The translations under genes and the position numbers were made by a program. Below, one piece after another: positions 52,405-64,000 of a stretch of DNA of 64,000 nucleotides (its first letter is position 1; each line of letters begins with the position of its first letter). The notes beneath the pieces were generated by a model that saw only the letters and a program-made list of their open reading frames with translations, was not told where the DNA came from and did no database searches. The stretch is from Eledone cirrhosa (Eukaryota). The stretch is taken from contig OZ024740.1 in NCBI GenBank assembly GCA_964016885.1, forward strand, positions 249,860,001 to 249,924,000, read 5' to 3'.

Positions 52405-52532
52405 GGACAAAATAAATGAAAAGTGACACATACACAATGTAGTCAGAAAGTATGTGTGTATGTATATACCTATGTATGTGAGTAGTAGTTCTGACTACAT
52501 TGTGTATGTGTCACTTTTCATTTATTTTGTCC
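52405..52532. repeat. Perfect 44-bp inverted repeat with a 40-nt spacer
   Basis: 52405..52448 is the reverse complement of 52489..52532. Confidence 0.93.
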
Positions 52533-52922
52533 ACATATATCATCCCCATCATCATTGTTTTTATGAGCACTTTTCCATGTTGGCTTGGGTTAACCAGGAT
52601 ATTTTAAAATAAAGTTTTACAGCCAAACGCCTTTCCTCACACCATCCCTTTTAGTTACAGGTTTATTTATTTTAAATACAGAGATGCACATGACAATATA
52701 TATATACTAGGTAGAGGGGTCTGTTTGAAAAATATATTGCAGTCTCCTTTTCATGCCACAAAGACTACGTATCCTGAGACCCCACTCACCACCATAGTTA
52801 TTTGGTCCAATCAAAACTCAGTGGCTTTATAGTAAGGTTTCTAATACTAATCTCTGTCGCAAGGCCACTACTTCTTAAGCTTAGATCTGGGTGTTGTTCA
52901 CTATGATAAATGGACTACAGAG

Positions 52923-53585
52923 ATGGAAAATCTGAGCACTCACAATGATAATGACAAAGATAAATTCACATCCCGTCTACGGGCGAGCATGCAAACACTT
53001 CTCTATATTTCAGTCATGGAAGACCAAGACCAAGATAATTCCGTCTCCCACACTCCCTTCCGCCCTCCCAGCGAAATCCAAACCTTCAGAGTTGGTACCA
53101 TGAACATAGGCACATTGAAAAGTCGCTCAAATGAGATTGTAGAGATGCTTGAACGTAAGGAAGTTGATGTTTGTTGTGTTCAAGAGACCAGGTGGAGGGG
53201 TGGGTCTGCTAGATTCATCATGGGCAAGAAACAATGCTATAAGCTTTTCTGGATGGGATGTGATAGCGGGCTGGGTGGTGTTGGAATTATTTTAGCAGAA
53301 AAATGGGTAGATAAGGTAATTGCCAGAAATAGAGTGAATCACATGATAATTAAAATAAGACTAGTTCTAAATAGAACAACTGTGTCAGTATCCGCTAATG
53401 CTCACTACCTCCCAGATAACCAACAGTGACTACATAATTATTGCTGGCGACATTAATGGTCATGTTGGACAACATTGTGATGGCCATGATGGAGTCCATG
53501 GAGGTTATAGGTTTGGTACTAGAAATGAGGAAGGCTTCAGGATCCTGGAATTCTGTGATGCAAATGACCTGACTATCTGTAACAC
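52923..53585 (+). mobile_element. RTE family A 5' part (APE endonuclease), interrupted by the L1/Tx1 insertion
   Basis: VGTMNIGTL, CCVQETRW, GGVGII, AGDINGHVG. The frame DLTICNT resumes as NFK at 59311. Confidence 0.88.
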
Positions 53586-56500
53586 TATCTATCTATCTAT
53601 CTGGGATGGACACATGTGTTAGACTTGCTCGGTAAGTTTTGTTTAAATTTTTTTAGAAATTCGTCATTGTGAACTTTCATTTTTATACCAATTTGTAGAG
53701 GGATTGACAGGTCAAATTTTGATCTGGTCAGTCTCCCAAAATATTGTGCTCCTCAGGGCAAAAACATCCAAATTTTTGCAAAACACTTCAATTTTTAAAA
53801 AATGGCCGAAGCAAAGGCACCTGCTTCTTTGTCAATACAAGAAGATGGGAAGGGAAAGACATGCCTACTTGACCAGCAGGTAGTAGCAGACATGGACAAA
53901 GGAATGCCAACATTATCGCCTCAACATTTAGAAGAGGAACAAGCTTCAGTTGCTTGTAAGCAACTGAAAACGCCTGACGTCACAAACGTCACATATATCC
54001 ACACACAGAAGGAAGAATGTGTAGCAAATACTAACACCACCACAAGCAACAACAACAACAACAACACAATAAATGAGAACAACATCAATACAACAAAAGG
54101 AATCAGCGGCAACACAACGAATAAGACCATCATCACCACCAACAACAACAATAATAAAATTTCATTTGCAGCAACAGGATTTTAAATATTACCCCATGGA
54201 CATTTCCCAAAAGTCCCAATATTTGGAAGAAGCTTCCAACTATGTGACGTTTAAGGGAGACACCCCACATATACATATACACCCACAAGTAAGAGAGATG
54301 ACACAGAAAAAGAAACTGATCTACAGAACAGTTCACATCATTATCAAAAAACCCATAACGCTCCTCCCAACAAGCACTATTGAAGCTGCACTAAAAGATA
54401 TCAAGCCAGACGTGGCATACCTCCAAAGAGCTAAACAGTATGGAAGTGTGCCAGTGCTCTTTAAGAACGAAACTCTGGCTCAAAAACACTCGGTTCACCC
54501 AATAAAAACGGATCAACACATCTTCCCCACATACATGGGAAGAAGATCCTACAAAATAAAAATAACCAGGATCCCAGCAGAGGTCAACATATGGTGGATC
54601 CTACGCTGCATCCCGAAGAAGGATGAGGACACCCTCCTATCTGTAGACAGGACGGACCGGAATAACTGGTTTGGAACCTGCATCGAGGTTCTGGTACAAA
54701 TGAGGCAAGAGAGAGTTGAGAAAATCCCGGACAGGATTGTCCTTGAGGAAGATGTCATTTCCATTTTAGTGGATGGGAAAAGACCTCAGTGCCATAAGTG
54801 TGGGAAAACCACACACTTAAAGGCCTTTTGCCCTCTCTTAAACAAACAAGGTGTTATTACCAACACCCAAACCCCAACATCAACACCCCAAACCAAACAC
54901 AACACAAAAACCTGCAACATCCACTCCCACACCACCACAGACCAGAGACAACTACACACACAAAATCCCACTGAAAAACCCTCCATTGCCTCCTCCCTCC
55001 CTGACAAATACTTCCACAAACACTCCACCACACAACATACCCTTCCCATCTACCCCTGATTTAGAAGTCTCAGACACGGGAACTTCTACATCTCCAAGTG
55101 AGAATGAAGATGAACCCAAAAAATCCAAAAAACAAAAAAAGAGACAAAAAAAAACACATCTACAGAAAACACGCACACACTCAACCCTGCCACAAACGAC
55201 AAACACACCAACACAACAAAACACTTCACCAACAAAACAAACACCTACACCACCACAATCACAAACCCCAACCACAAAAAGAAAACTACAAACAGAAACA
55301 GTACACATAAAAAACAAAACACATTACACATACATAAAAACAACAAACAAAGAACTAGTAGAAACTGTCCGAAAGGACCCTACTATCCAAACGGAAGGGA
55401 AAACCTTCCCCACCAACGACCCACCCCCAAACCTCAAACTGATCAGGGTAACAACCCTACAACATGAAACATTGAAATGGACCTTCCCACATGATGTGGG
55501 CCCCCCTTGGCAAAAAACCCTTAACTGTGTCCTGCTAAAAGGATTCCCTCCCTCCCCAAACACCCCCAATCTGGACATGGAGATCGAACAACCCGACCTC
55601 CAAGAAACGAAAAGGTAAGTGTTCCTGCCTTTTCTCTCCCTAACTCTTCTTCACCAACATGGCAACTATACAAGTTGGATGTTTGAATGTACGTGGCCTG
55701 GGCATGCCCTGGAAACAGGGCCAGCTTTTAAATGATCTCAGGTCACATTGTATAGATGTGATAGCCATCACCGAGTCCAGGATTCATGTCAAGCAGCAGC
55801 TAACCCCCATGTTCGATGACTTTGAGATCTACGCATCTCTCTGTCAGCCAGGAGGTAGAGGGGGAGTTGCTGTTCTGTTTCGAAAAAATTTGGATCTCAA
55901 AGCTCAGATGATTCACTTCGACCCGGAGGGCAGCTTGGTGGTCCTGGATGTGAATGGTAGTGAAGGTGGAGCTTTCAGACTGGTGGGGACATCGCGACTA
56001 GAGTTCTTCAAGTGTCTGGAGCCATTCCTGGGAACGTCTCGCTCCTTAGTGTTAGCGGGGACTGGAATGGCATCTTAGACGCATGTTGGGACTATGTAGG
56101 AGCTTGTGATAATAGAGGGGGGGGGGGTGTAATAGCCTCAAAAATCTCATCAGCCAATTCCAACTGGTTGATGGATATCGACTAGACTTCCCAAGTGTAC
56201 CACTGTGGACGTGGAGCAACCGCACTGGGTCTTCTAGATCGTATTTAGATAGATTTTTAATTAGGCAGAATGATAAGGAAACATTAAGCTGTCCACAAAT
56301 GCACGTGGTTTCCTATTCAGACCACAAATTAGATACCTGCGTAGTCAACCTTGATAGAACACATAGACAGGGACCCGGATACTGGAAGCTAAATATGTTG
56401 CTTCCGGTGCGTAAGGCCTACAGTAAACGGATTAGCACCTTAGTTAAGTGCCAATTGACGAGGGCGATCGTCAACAACAGGTGGTGGAGCTCTCTCTCGA

Positions 56501-59298
56501 GAGCAATTAGAATAGAATCGATAGCATTTAGCAAGGAAGTAGCTTTAGAAAAAAACAAAACCAAAAAGGAACTGGTGGCTAAAGTAGAAGAGGCACTTAG
56601 GAATGGCAGTACAGCTGACGTGCTGGCGGCGAGAACGGCACTAGATCAGTTCTTCAACGTGAAACACGAAGGTTGTATTGTCAGAAGTAAAACATGCTCT
56701 AAGAAACGAGGGAGCCAAATCTGTTAGCTGGGCCCGAGTGGCAGAGGCGAAAAGTGGCAACAAATCCACAATTTGGTCTTTACAAGACAAAGATGGATGC
56801 ATTCTATTTGAATCCAAGCAGATGTGCACGGCCTTCCAGCAGCATTTTGCCCAACTGTTCAGGCAAAGCCGTACGTCAAGGGAGGTGATGGACTTCAGTT
56901 CCAACCTCGACGGCGAACCACGACTCTCGAGCACAGATGTAAGAGAGCTGTGAAAGGCCGATCACAGCAGGCGAGATAGAAGATGCCCTAGGCCGCTGCG
57001 GGAAACGCAAATCCCCCGGTTTAGATGGTCTACCCTATGAGTTTTACATAGGCATCCCAGACTTGTTCTCTGGTGTCCTCGAAGCAGTCTACTGCAACTG
57101 ACACCAGAACGGGAGGATTCCCAGTTCTGTAGGCAAGGTGTATTAACGCTGATCAGGAAAGATGAGAACAAGGGGGATGAGATAAGCAATTTCAGGCCCA
57201 TAACTCTGCTCAACACAGAGTTAAAGATTTTGGCCAAGGTGTAAGCAACGAGGCTGGTACTTGTCGTCGAGAACCTGGTAGGGGAAGCGCAAATGTATGC
57301 AATCCCGACCAGGCCTATACACGACAACCTCCACATCATGCGGTACATCATAGAGAGGGTAAGGTGTAAACCTGGCTTCAGTGGGGCTCTGATCAATTTA
57401 GATCAGTCTAAGGCATTTGATAGGGTCGACCATCAATACTTGGAAGCGGTTCTCAAGGCGGCCGGCTTCGGTCTTGTCTTCAGAGGCTGGATCACTGCCA
57501 TGCACACCAGCAGTCAAGGAGCCATTCCAAATCATGCGTTCCATCCGTCAAGGGTGCCCTCTCTCCTCCATTCTGTATGTACTGACTCTCGAGCCATTAC
57601 TGCGGAAGTTGGAGCTGTTGCAGGACATCCCGATCGAACCAGGACTGCGGAAAGCAGCGTCGGCCTATGCCGACGACATAACTGTAAAGGTGTCGAAAAC
57701 CTTGAAAATCAGGGTAATCGGCAACCTATTACAGGAATACGAAACGTTGACAGGAGCAAGACTAAACCCAAACAAGTCTTGGTTTGCAACTCGGCACATG
57801 GAGAGGCAAACCCATGCCTTCCGACAGTGTCGTTGGATGCTGGACGGAAGAACCGGTGAAATTGCTCGGGGTCTGGTTTGGTCCAGGCCTCCAGGTGGAC
57901 AAGAACTGGAACGAGGTCATGGCAAAGGTGTTTGCACTCACCCAGAAGTGGGCTGAGTGCAAACTCTCCTTGAAAGGTCTAGTGGAGGTAGCAAACACTT
58001 ACATAGCGTCCGTCATCTACTACCGCTTGACAGTCGTGCCTTGTCCCCACAAATACCTCACCAAAATGGAACGCCTACTCTTCAAGTTCCTCTGGAAGGA
58101 ACAGGCTCCATTGGTGAGGAGATCCATCTGCTGTCAACACCCTTCTAACGGAGGGCTGGGCATGCCGTGACTGAAGATGTGCAAACACGCGCTGAGGCTA
58201 CGCCATCTCCAGGTATTCCCGACCGGCGAACCGGTGTGGCTGTCGTTTGTGAGACAAGCTCTTCCACAACTCGTCTCACTAACAGAGCTGCAGTCCTGGA
58301 TCAAGCGAAGACCAAAAATGGGCGCCTGACACCTCGAGTGCCTTCAGGCGCTCACAGCTCTCTACCAAGCGGAAACGGCAATCAGCGGAGATTCCACTTC
58401 GACATTCTACAGGGGATTAGTGGAGGATAAGTGCGACGACGTTCTCGGGGAAACTCTAAGCATCGAGGAGGACGAACTGACCAGTCTGTTCGGGAGGACT
58501 TTCCGTCTAGGGGCCTATGAATAACTTCCAGAGGTCTCTGGCCTGGCAGTGCTACCGAGGAGCTCTACCAGTTCGAAATAAAATCTACAGGCACGGACGC
58601 CCTGGCAGAGATCCTGCCAAAAGGACCTGTCCAAGATGCGAGCAGGACATCAAAACTGTTCTGCACGAAATTGTTCAATGCCCAGGGGTGACGGACCTGT
58701 GGAATTATGTCGAACAGCTACCGTCACGAGTGGGACTCATCCAGTTGTCAGCCGAGTCCATCGTGAGGATCACCCCACCGCCTTCATTTAAGAATGAAGG
58801 AGAGGCGGTTTTCCTCTGTCTGGTGGCTATGGCGAAAGAGGTAATATGGTGGACGAGGTTAAAAGGACTGAGTGCAAACACCTTTCTCTCCGGACAACAA
58901 CTCATCCCCTTCTTTCAGTACCACTTCAGAAGGAAGGTGAGAGTGGAGAAAGAAGTGCTACACCCCAGTAAATTCGCTGAGAGGTGGGTGAATGTGGCGA
59001 AAATGGCCCGAGTGAATGGGCCTTCTCTATATATAAACCTGTATGTTGAGGAAGATAAACAGAGGGAAGACAGGAACACCTACAAAACGTGTTCCTGGTG
59101 TTGAGGGTTGTTCTATTCACGGGGTGTAAAACAACTCCGCAGTAGTGTTACAGCCCCCTCCCCCAATGGGGATTTCAATTGTTTTATTTTTATATAGTTT
59201 ATTGTTATTTATCATTGTTAAACATTTTATGTAAAACCCCCGCCATCACGTCTTGTAATGTCCCATTTTTGTATGCCCCTGTGGCAAATAAAGAAAGA
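53586..59298 (+). mobile_element. Full-length decayed L1/Tx1-clade LINE with a 12-bp target-site duplication
   Basis: ORF1 remnants 53802..55618 with a CCHC knuckle (CHKCGKTTHLKAFC). ORF2 remnants 55659..59104 (CLNVRGL, SDHK, GPGYWKLN, LDQSKAFDRVDH, IRQGCPLS, AYADD, GGLGMP, CPRC). TSD TATCTGTAACAC at 53574-53585 and 59299-59310. Confidence 0.92.
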
Positions 59299-59310
59299 TA
59301 TCTGTAACAC

Positions 59311-61710
59311 AAACTTCAAATAATGAGACAGTCACTTGATCACATAGATCAGGGGAGCACATCAACCAGATAGATTTTATCCTTACTAGAAAATGAGACA
59401 GAGTGTCTGTTATGAGCACTAAGTCCCTCTTTTGCGAAGAATGCACCCCCAACATAACTTAATAGTTAGTGACCTCATAGTCAGGGCCAGGTGTACTCGG
59501 CGGCAGAGGAATACCTTAAGGAGAAGATTACAAGAACCCCACAACCAGTAACAAATTTAAAAGCATATTACTTGATGCTTTTGACAGTAAGGAAGAGCAA
59601 TTAGAGACATACAATATAGAGGAACAGTGGAAATTCCTGAAAGTTAACCTACTGAAGGCAACAATCTGTGACTGAAGTAGGTCCGTGTGTGACTTGGTGG
59701 AGGAACAGCAAGGTGGAGGAGTTCATCAAGGGAAAAAAGCAGGCTTGGAAAGAATGGCAGGAAGGGGGTAGTAGAGAATCTAGGCGACAAGTATACTTTG
59801 CAAAGAGAGAAGCAGAGGATAGTGAGTTCAAGAATATTTTTCAATGCGAAGACCAAAGACGAGAGGTGTTCAGGATTGTGAGGTAATGTGTCAAGAAGAA
59901 CTGTGATATTTATTTCTACTTTAGGCACAAGGCCATCAATTACCCAGTTCATTACTGGAACTTTATTTTATCGACCCCGTAAGGATGAAAGGCAAAGTCA
60001 ACCTCGGCGGGATTTGAACTCAGATCGTAAAGGGACGTAACTATGCTGGAAAGCATGGCGTCCGACCTTCTACCGATACTGCCAATCCACCGCCTGTGGA
60101 TTGTTGGGTAGACGTGTCTGTAAACCAAGTAATACAGAATGGGGTCATACCAAATGACTGGTGTAGCTCATCATCGCCAACTGTTACAAGGGCAATGGAG
60201 ATATCCTGGATAGAGGAAACTATAGGGGCTTTAAGTTAGTTGACCAGGTCATAAAAGTCACAGAAAGAGTTATTACTCAACTGATTAGAGACTGAATTGA
60301 TCTAGATGAAATGCAGTTTGGGTTTGTGCCAGGTAAAAGCACCACGGATGCTCTTTTCCTTGTACGGCAACTACAGGAGAAGTACCAAGCTAAAAGTAAA
60401 CCCCTATACTTAGCTTTTGTTGACTTGGAGAAAGCCTTTGACAGAGTCCGCTACTCCATTATCTGGTGGGCTCTAGAAAACTAGGTGTAGATGAATGGCT
60501 TGTGAGAGCTATACAAGCCATATATAGAGGAACAGTCAGCAAGGTTAGAATTAACAATGAATATAGTGAAGAATTTAGTGTAATAGTAGGGGTTCACAAA
60601 GCCCCCTCCTGTTTATTATTGTCCTACAGGCTATAACAGAAGGGTTTAAGACTGGCTGCAGATGGGAACTCCTATATGCAGATTATCTAACTCTCATACC
60701 TGAATCCATGGCTAAACTAGAGAAGAAATTCCAAACATGGAAACATGACCTAGAATCAAAAGTCATTAGAGTTAACTTGTCTAAGACAAAAGTTCTAGTA
60801 GAAAGGAGAATAGGGCATAGGAGTCCTCTGGGAAATGGCCATGTTCAGTGTGTAAGAAGGGAGTAGGTAGAAATTCCATTCTATGCCCCAAGTGCAAACT
60901 ATGGGTACATAAAAGATGTAGTGGGATCACAGGTAAGCTATCTAAGAATGAAGATTTTTTATGTGGCTGATGCTCAGGTGCAGTAAGTAGCAAGGGCCCA
61001 CTGGATGCTATCTCCTTCAACTACCCAGATGGTTCTATAGAAATAGTAGACACTTTCTGTTACCTGGGTGACAAAATCAGCAGTGGAGGAGGGTGCTCTG
61101 AAAGTGCAGTAGTCAGAGTTAGAACTGGGTTGGAAAAAGTTCAGAGAGCTCAGTTGGCCACAAGGGGTTTTTCTCTAAAAGTGAAAGGTAAATTGTATGA
61201 TGCTTCTATACGAATGGCGATATTACATGGTAGTGAGACCTGGGTGTTGCATGCTGAAGACTTGCGTAGATTAGAAAGAAATGAAGCATGCATGCTTCAA
61301 TGGAAATGTAATAGTAATGTATGCGAACGGCAAAGCATAAGAGGTATCAAATGTGTTCTGGTGAGGAGATTGCGTTGGTATGGCCATGTGATACGTATGA
61401 AGGACAATATCTGTATAAAAAAGTGCAGAGCAATGAAAATTGATGGAAGCTACGGAGTGGTAGACCAAGAAAAACCTGGGATGAGGTGATAAAAACTGAC
61501 CTTGCACACTTACACCTCTCTAAGACTGGATCGAGATTTTTGGCGTTATGCAGTTTTACAGATGACCTGTAAAGTGGTTGGTGTTAGGAAGGGCATTCAG
61601 CCGTAGAAAACCTGCCAGAGACACGGTCTCCTGACCAATCCCGCATCAAATGGAACAAAACCATCTAACCCATGCTAGCATGGAAGATGGATGTTAAATG
61701 ATGATGATAA

Positions 61711-61712
<2 letters not shown>
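59311..61712 (+). mobile_element. RTE family A, remainder (RT to 3' tail), decayed
   Basis: IPNDW, QFGFVPGKSTTDALF, FVDLEKAFDRV, HGSETW, RLRWYGHV; (GAT)n tail. Confidence 0.88.
59908..60094 (-). mobile_element. tRNA SINE S1 nested in the RTE
   Basis: Near-identical to 38198..38387. Confidence 0.87.
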
Positions 61713-61741
<29 letters not shown>

Positions 61742-63051
61742 CGAGGGGGATCAAAAAGTTCGCGGAATTTTATCGTAGTAAGAAAAAAATAGGTTAAAAC
61801 AATATTAAACATGTCACAACATTGTCATTGGGTGTTTACCTTGCTATTAGTCACTTGCAGTCAGTCATGCGCGGACTATTGTACAGTACTGACACTCTTT
61901 AAAAAAAAGTATTTTTGGAACAATGGAAAATAGTTATTTTGAGATAAGATCGAATATCAAGTTTCTGGTGAAACTCAAATGGAAAGGGACACAGATTATG
62001 GAGGCTTTAGTTAAAGTTTACGGTACTACTGCTCCAAAGAAAACTGCTGTCTACAAGTGGATTCATCGATTCAAACAAGGGAGAGACGATCTTGAAGACA
62101 ACCATCGCAGTGGAAGACTAGGAACATCAAAAATGACCAAACGTTGAGGCTGCTCAGACTTTAATTGAAGAAGATCGAAGAATAACAGTTAATCAGTTAG
62201 CTAAGTCCCTAGATATTTCATATGGTTCGGCAAATTCAATTCTGCACGATAATTTGGGACTAAGCAAGCTTTCAGTGCGATGGGTCCCAAAAGCGTTGCG
62301 CCCTGATCAGCTGATTCTTCGAAGTGATCTGTCTTTGGCGATATTAAACAAAATTGAAGTTGATGAAGAGCATTTCCTGACCAGAATCATCACCGGAGAT
62401 GAAACCTGGATCTACCAGTATGATCCTGAATCCAAACAGCACTCAAAACAGTGGCTTCCACATGGATCATCGGGGCCAATCAAGTTCAAATCTCAAAAGT
62501 CGGATAAAAAAGTGATGGCCACCATTTTCTGGGATTCAGATGGAGTGATACTAATAGATTATCTTGAAGGTCAAAGAACTGTGACAAGAGCTTACTATGC
62601 AAATGTTTTAAGGAAACTGAAAGAGGCATTAGTCAAGAAACGAAAAGGGAAACTTCATGGTGGGATCTTGTTTGACCATGACAATGCACCAGCGCATTCT
62701 GCGCGCGTTGCAAAAGAAGTTCTTCGAGAATTTCGATGGGAAGTGCTTCCTCACCCGCCTTATAATCCAGATTTAGCCCCATCAGACTTTTTCCTCTTTC
62801 CAAAACTCAAAGAAATGCTAAAAGGAACCCGTTTTAGTGGTGCTGAAGAAGCTAAAAACACTGCAAACACATGGCTTCGAACAAGGCCTTCAACTTTCTT
62901 TAGAGACGGCTGACGGAGTTGGAAGCATCGCTTTGTGAAGTGTATTGACCTGGATGGCAACTATGTAGAAAAATAAATTGAAGGTAAATCATATTTTTTG
63001 AAAAATAGAATATTTTCTGAAAAATTCCGCGAACTTTTTGATCCCCCCTCG
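61742..63051 (+). mobile_element. Complete mariner (DD34D) transposon, 1310 bp
   Basis: About 30-bp TIRs CGAGGGGGATCAAAAAGTTCGCGGAATTTT, with TA target sites inside a (TA)n tract. Confidence 0.95.
61923..62976 (+). pseudogene. Mariner transposase with one frameshift (about 62140) and one premature stop (62911)
   Basis: WVPKAL, ITGDETW, HDNAPAH, HPPYNPDLAPSDFFLF. Confidence 0.9.
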
Positions 63052-63079
63052 TATATATATATATATATATATAATTAAC

Positions 63080-63630
63080 ATGTTGGAGATAACTGTGTCT
63101 GAAATGATACTAGTACACTTAGTGTCACTGATGCTCAGAAAAAGGAGGCCTGGAAATGTCATTATGAAAGGGCCATTAGAGACAAAAGACTAGCATGGAA
63201 CGCTTGGAAAAATGGTGGGAGTAGAGATGGATACACAGCTGCTAAGAGAGAAGCTAGACGTCAGGTGTACTTAACACGCAGGGAGGCTGAGAGTAGGAGG
63301 TTTGCCAATGTTCTGCGACGGGAAGATCAGAGACATGATGTGTTCCGCATTGCAAGGCAGTGTGTCAATGTCGTTGAAGATAAGTGTGTCTGGAATGATG
63401 CTGGTGTACTTAGTGTCACCTATGATCAGAAAAAAGGAGGGCTGGAAATGTCATTATGAGAGACTGATGAATGTTGAGAATGAATGGGAGAGAGAGAGAA
63501 ACTACCCCCAGTAGAGCCGACAGAGGGACCAGCTATTGAGCACAGCTGATTAGGGACTGGGTAAAACTAGATGAGATGCAGTTTGGGTTTGTGCCAGGCA
63601 AAAGCACCACTGATGCTCTCTTTCTGTTGG
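63080..63630 (+). mobile_element. Rearranged RTE family A fragments
   Basis: FANVLRREDQRHDVFRIARQ, WKCHYERLMNVENEW, QFGFVPGKSTTDALF. Confidence 0.75.
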
Positions 63631-63634
63631 TATT

Positions 63635-64000
63635 TCATAATGCTGGCATAATTTCCAGTGTATGAAGGTCCCAACTCATATGCCAGTGGATATATACCTT
63701 TTTGGCAAGAGCTGGGCATCCAGAGACTATATGGTTGACTTGCCTATCTCCACATATTCTACAGTTACTTATTGTGCTTTGTAGTTTTTGGTGGGTAGAC
63801 TCTGGTCCTGCAATCAGAAATCCTTCCATCTCAGCTTTTAGTCCAGTGCTTCGGAGCCAGTTTTCTTTGTCTACTTCTTTTCTATTTAGCTTTTTTGGGT
63901 ATTGGCCATGTAAGGCTTTCTTTTGCCATTGTTTTAACATAGCATTCTGGAAGTCAGTTTTCAATTTAAATTTTGTCTTTCACAATTTCTGTTGTATTTT
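63635..64000 (-). mobile_element. R4/Dong-type (restriction-like endonuclease) LINE C-terminal fragment
   Basis: WQKKALHGQY, WLRSTGLKAEMEGFLIA, CRICG...HIVSGCPALAKKVY..H zinc-knuckle region. Confidence 0.75.

Overview
This is AT-rich, microsatellite-dense animal genomic DNA. The SINE/RTE repertoire suggests a cephalopod such as an octopus, which is an inference. Most of the window lies inside one host gene on the minus strand, the nuclear-pore membrane nucleoporin NDC1 (TMEM48). I found nine internal coding exons plus one candidate 48-nt mini-exon (49214 down to 16058), all with GT-AG borders and continuous phase. The 5' and 3' exons were not found in the window. The introns are filled with transposable elements: an intact, young Penelope-like element (Naiad type; RT plus GIY-YIG, 737 aa) with an inverted partial copy at its 5' end; RTE, CR1, L1/Tx1 and R4/Dong LINE remnants; tRNA-derived SINEs; two mariners; and TTAA-type MITE fragments. 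The most notable signal is a set of type I hammerhead ribozyme motifs from at least six unrelated sequence families. Most sit in or next to head-to-head fold-back duplications inserted in (TA)n tracts, and several lie on the NDC1 pre-mRNA strand. Some have canonical cores and others carry core variants (CAGAAGA, CCGAUGA, CUGUUGA) or a very long stem II. All structures were folded by eye and none has been tested for activity.
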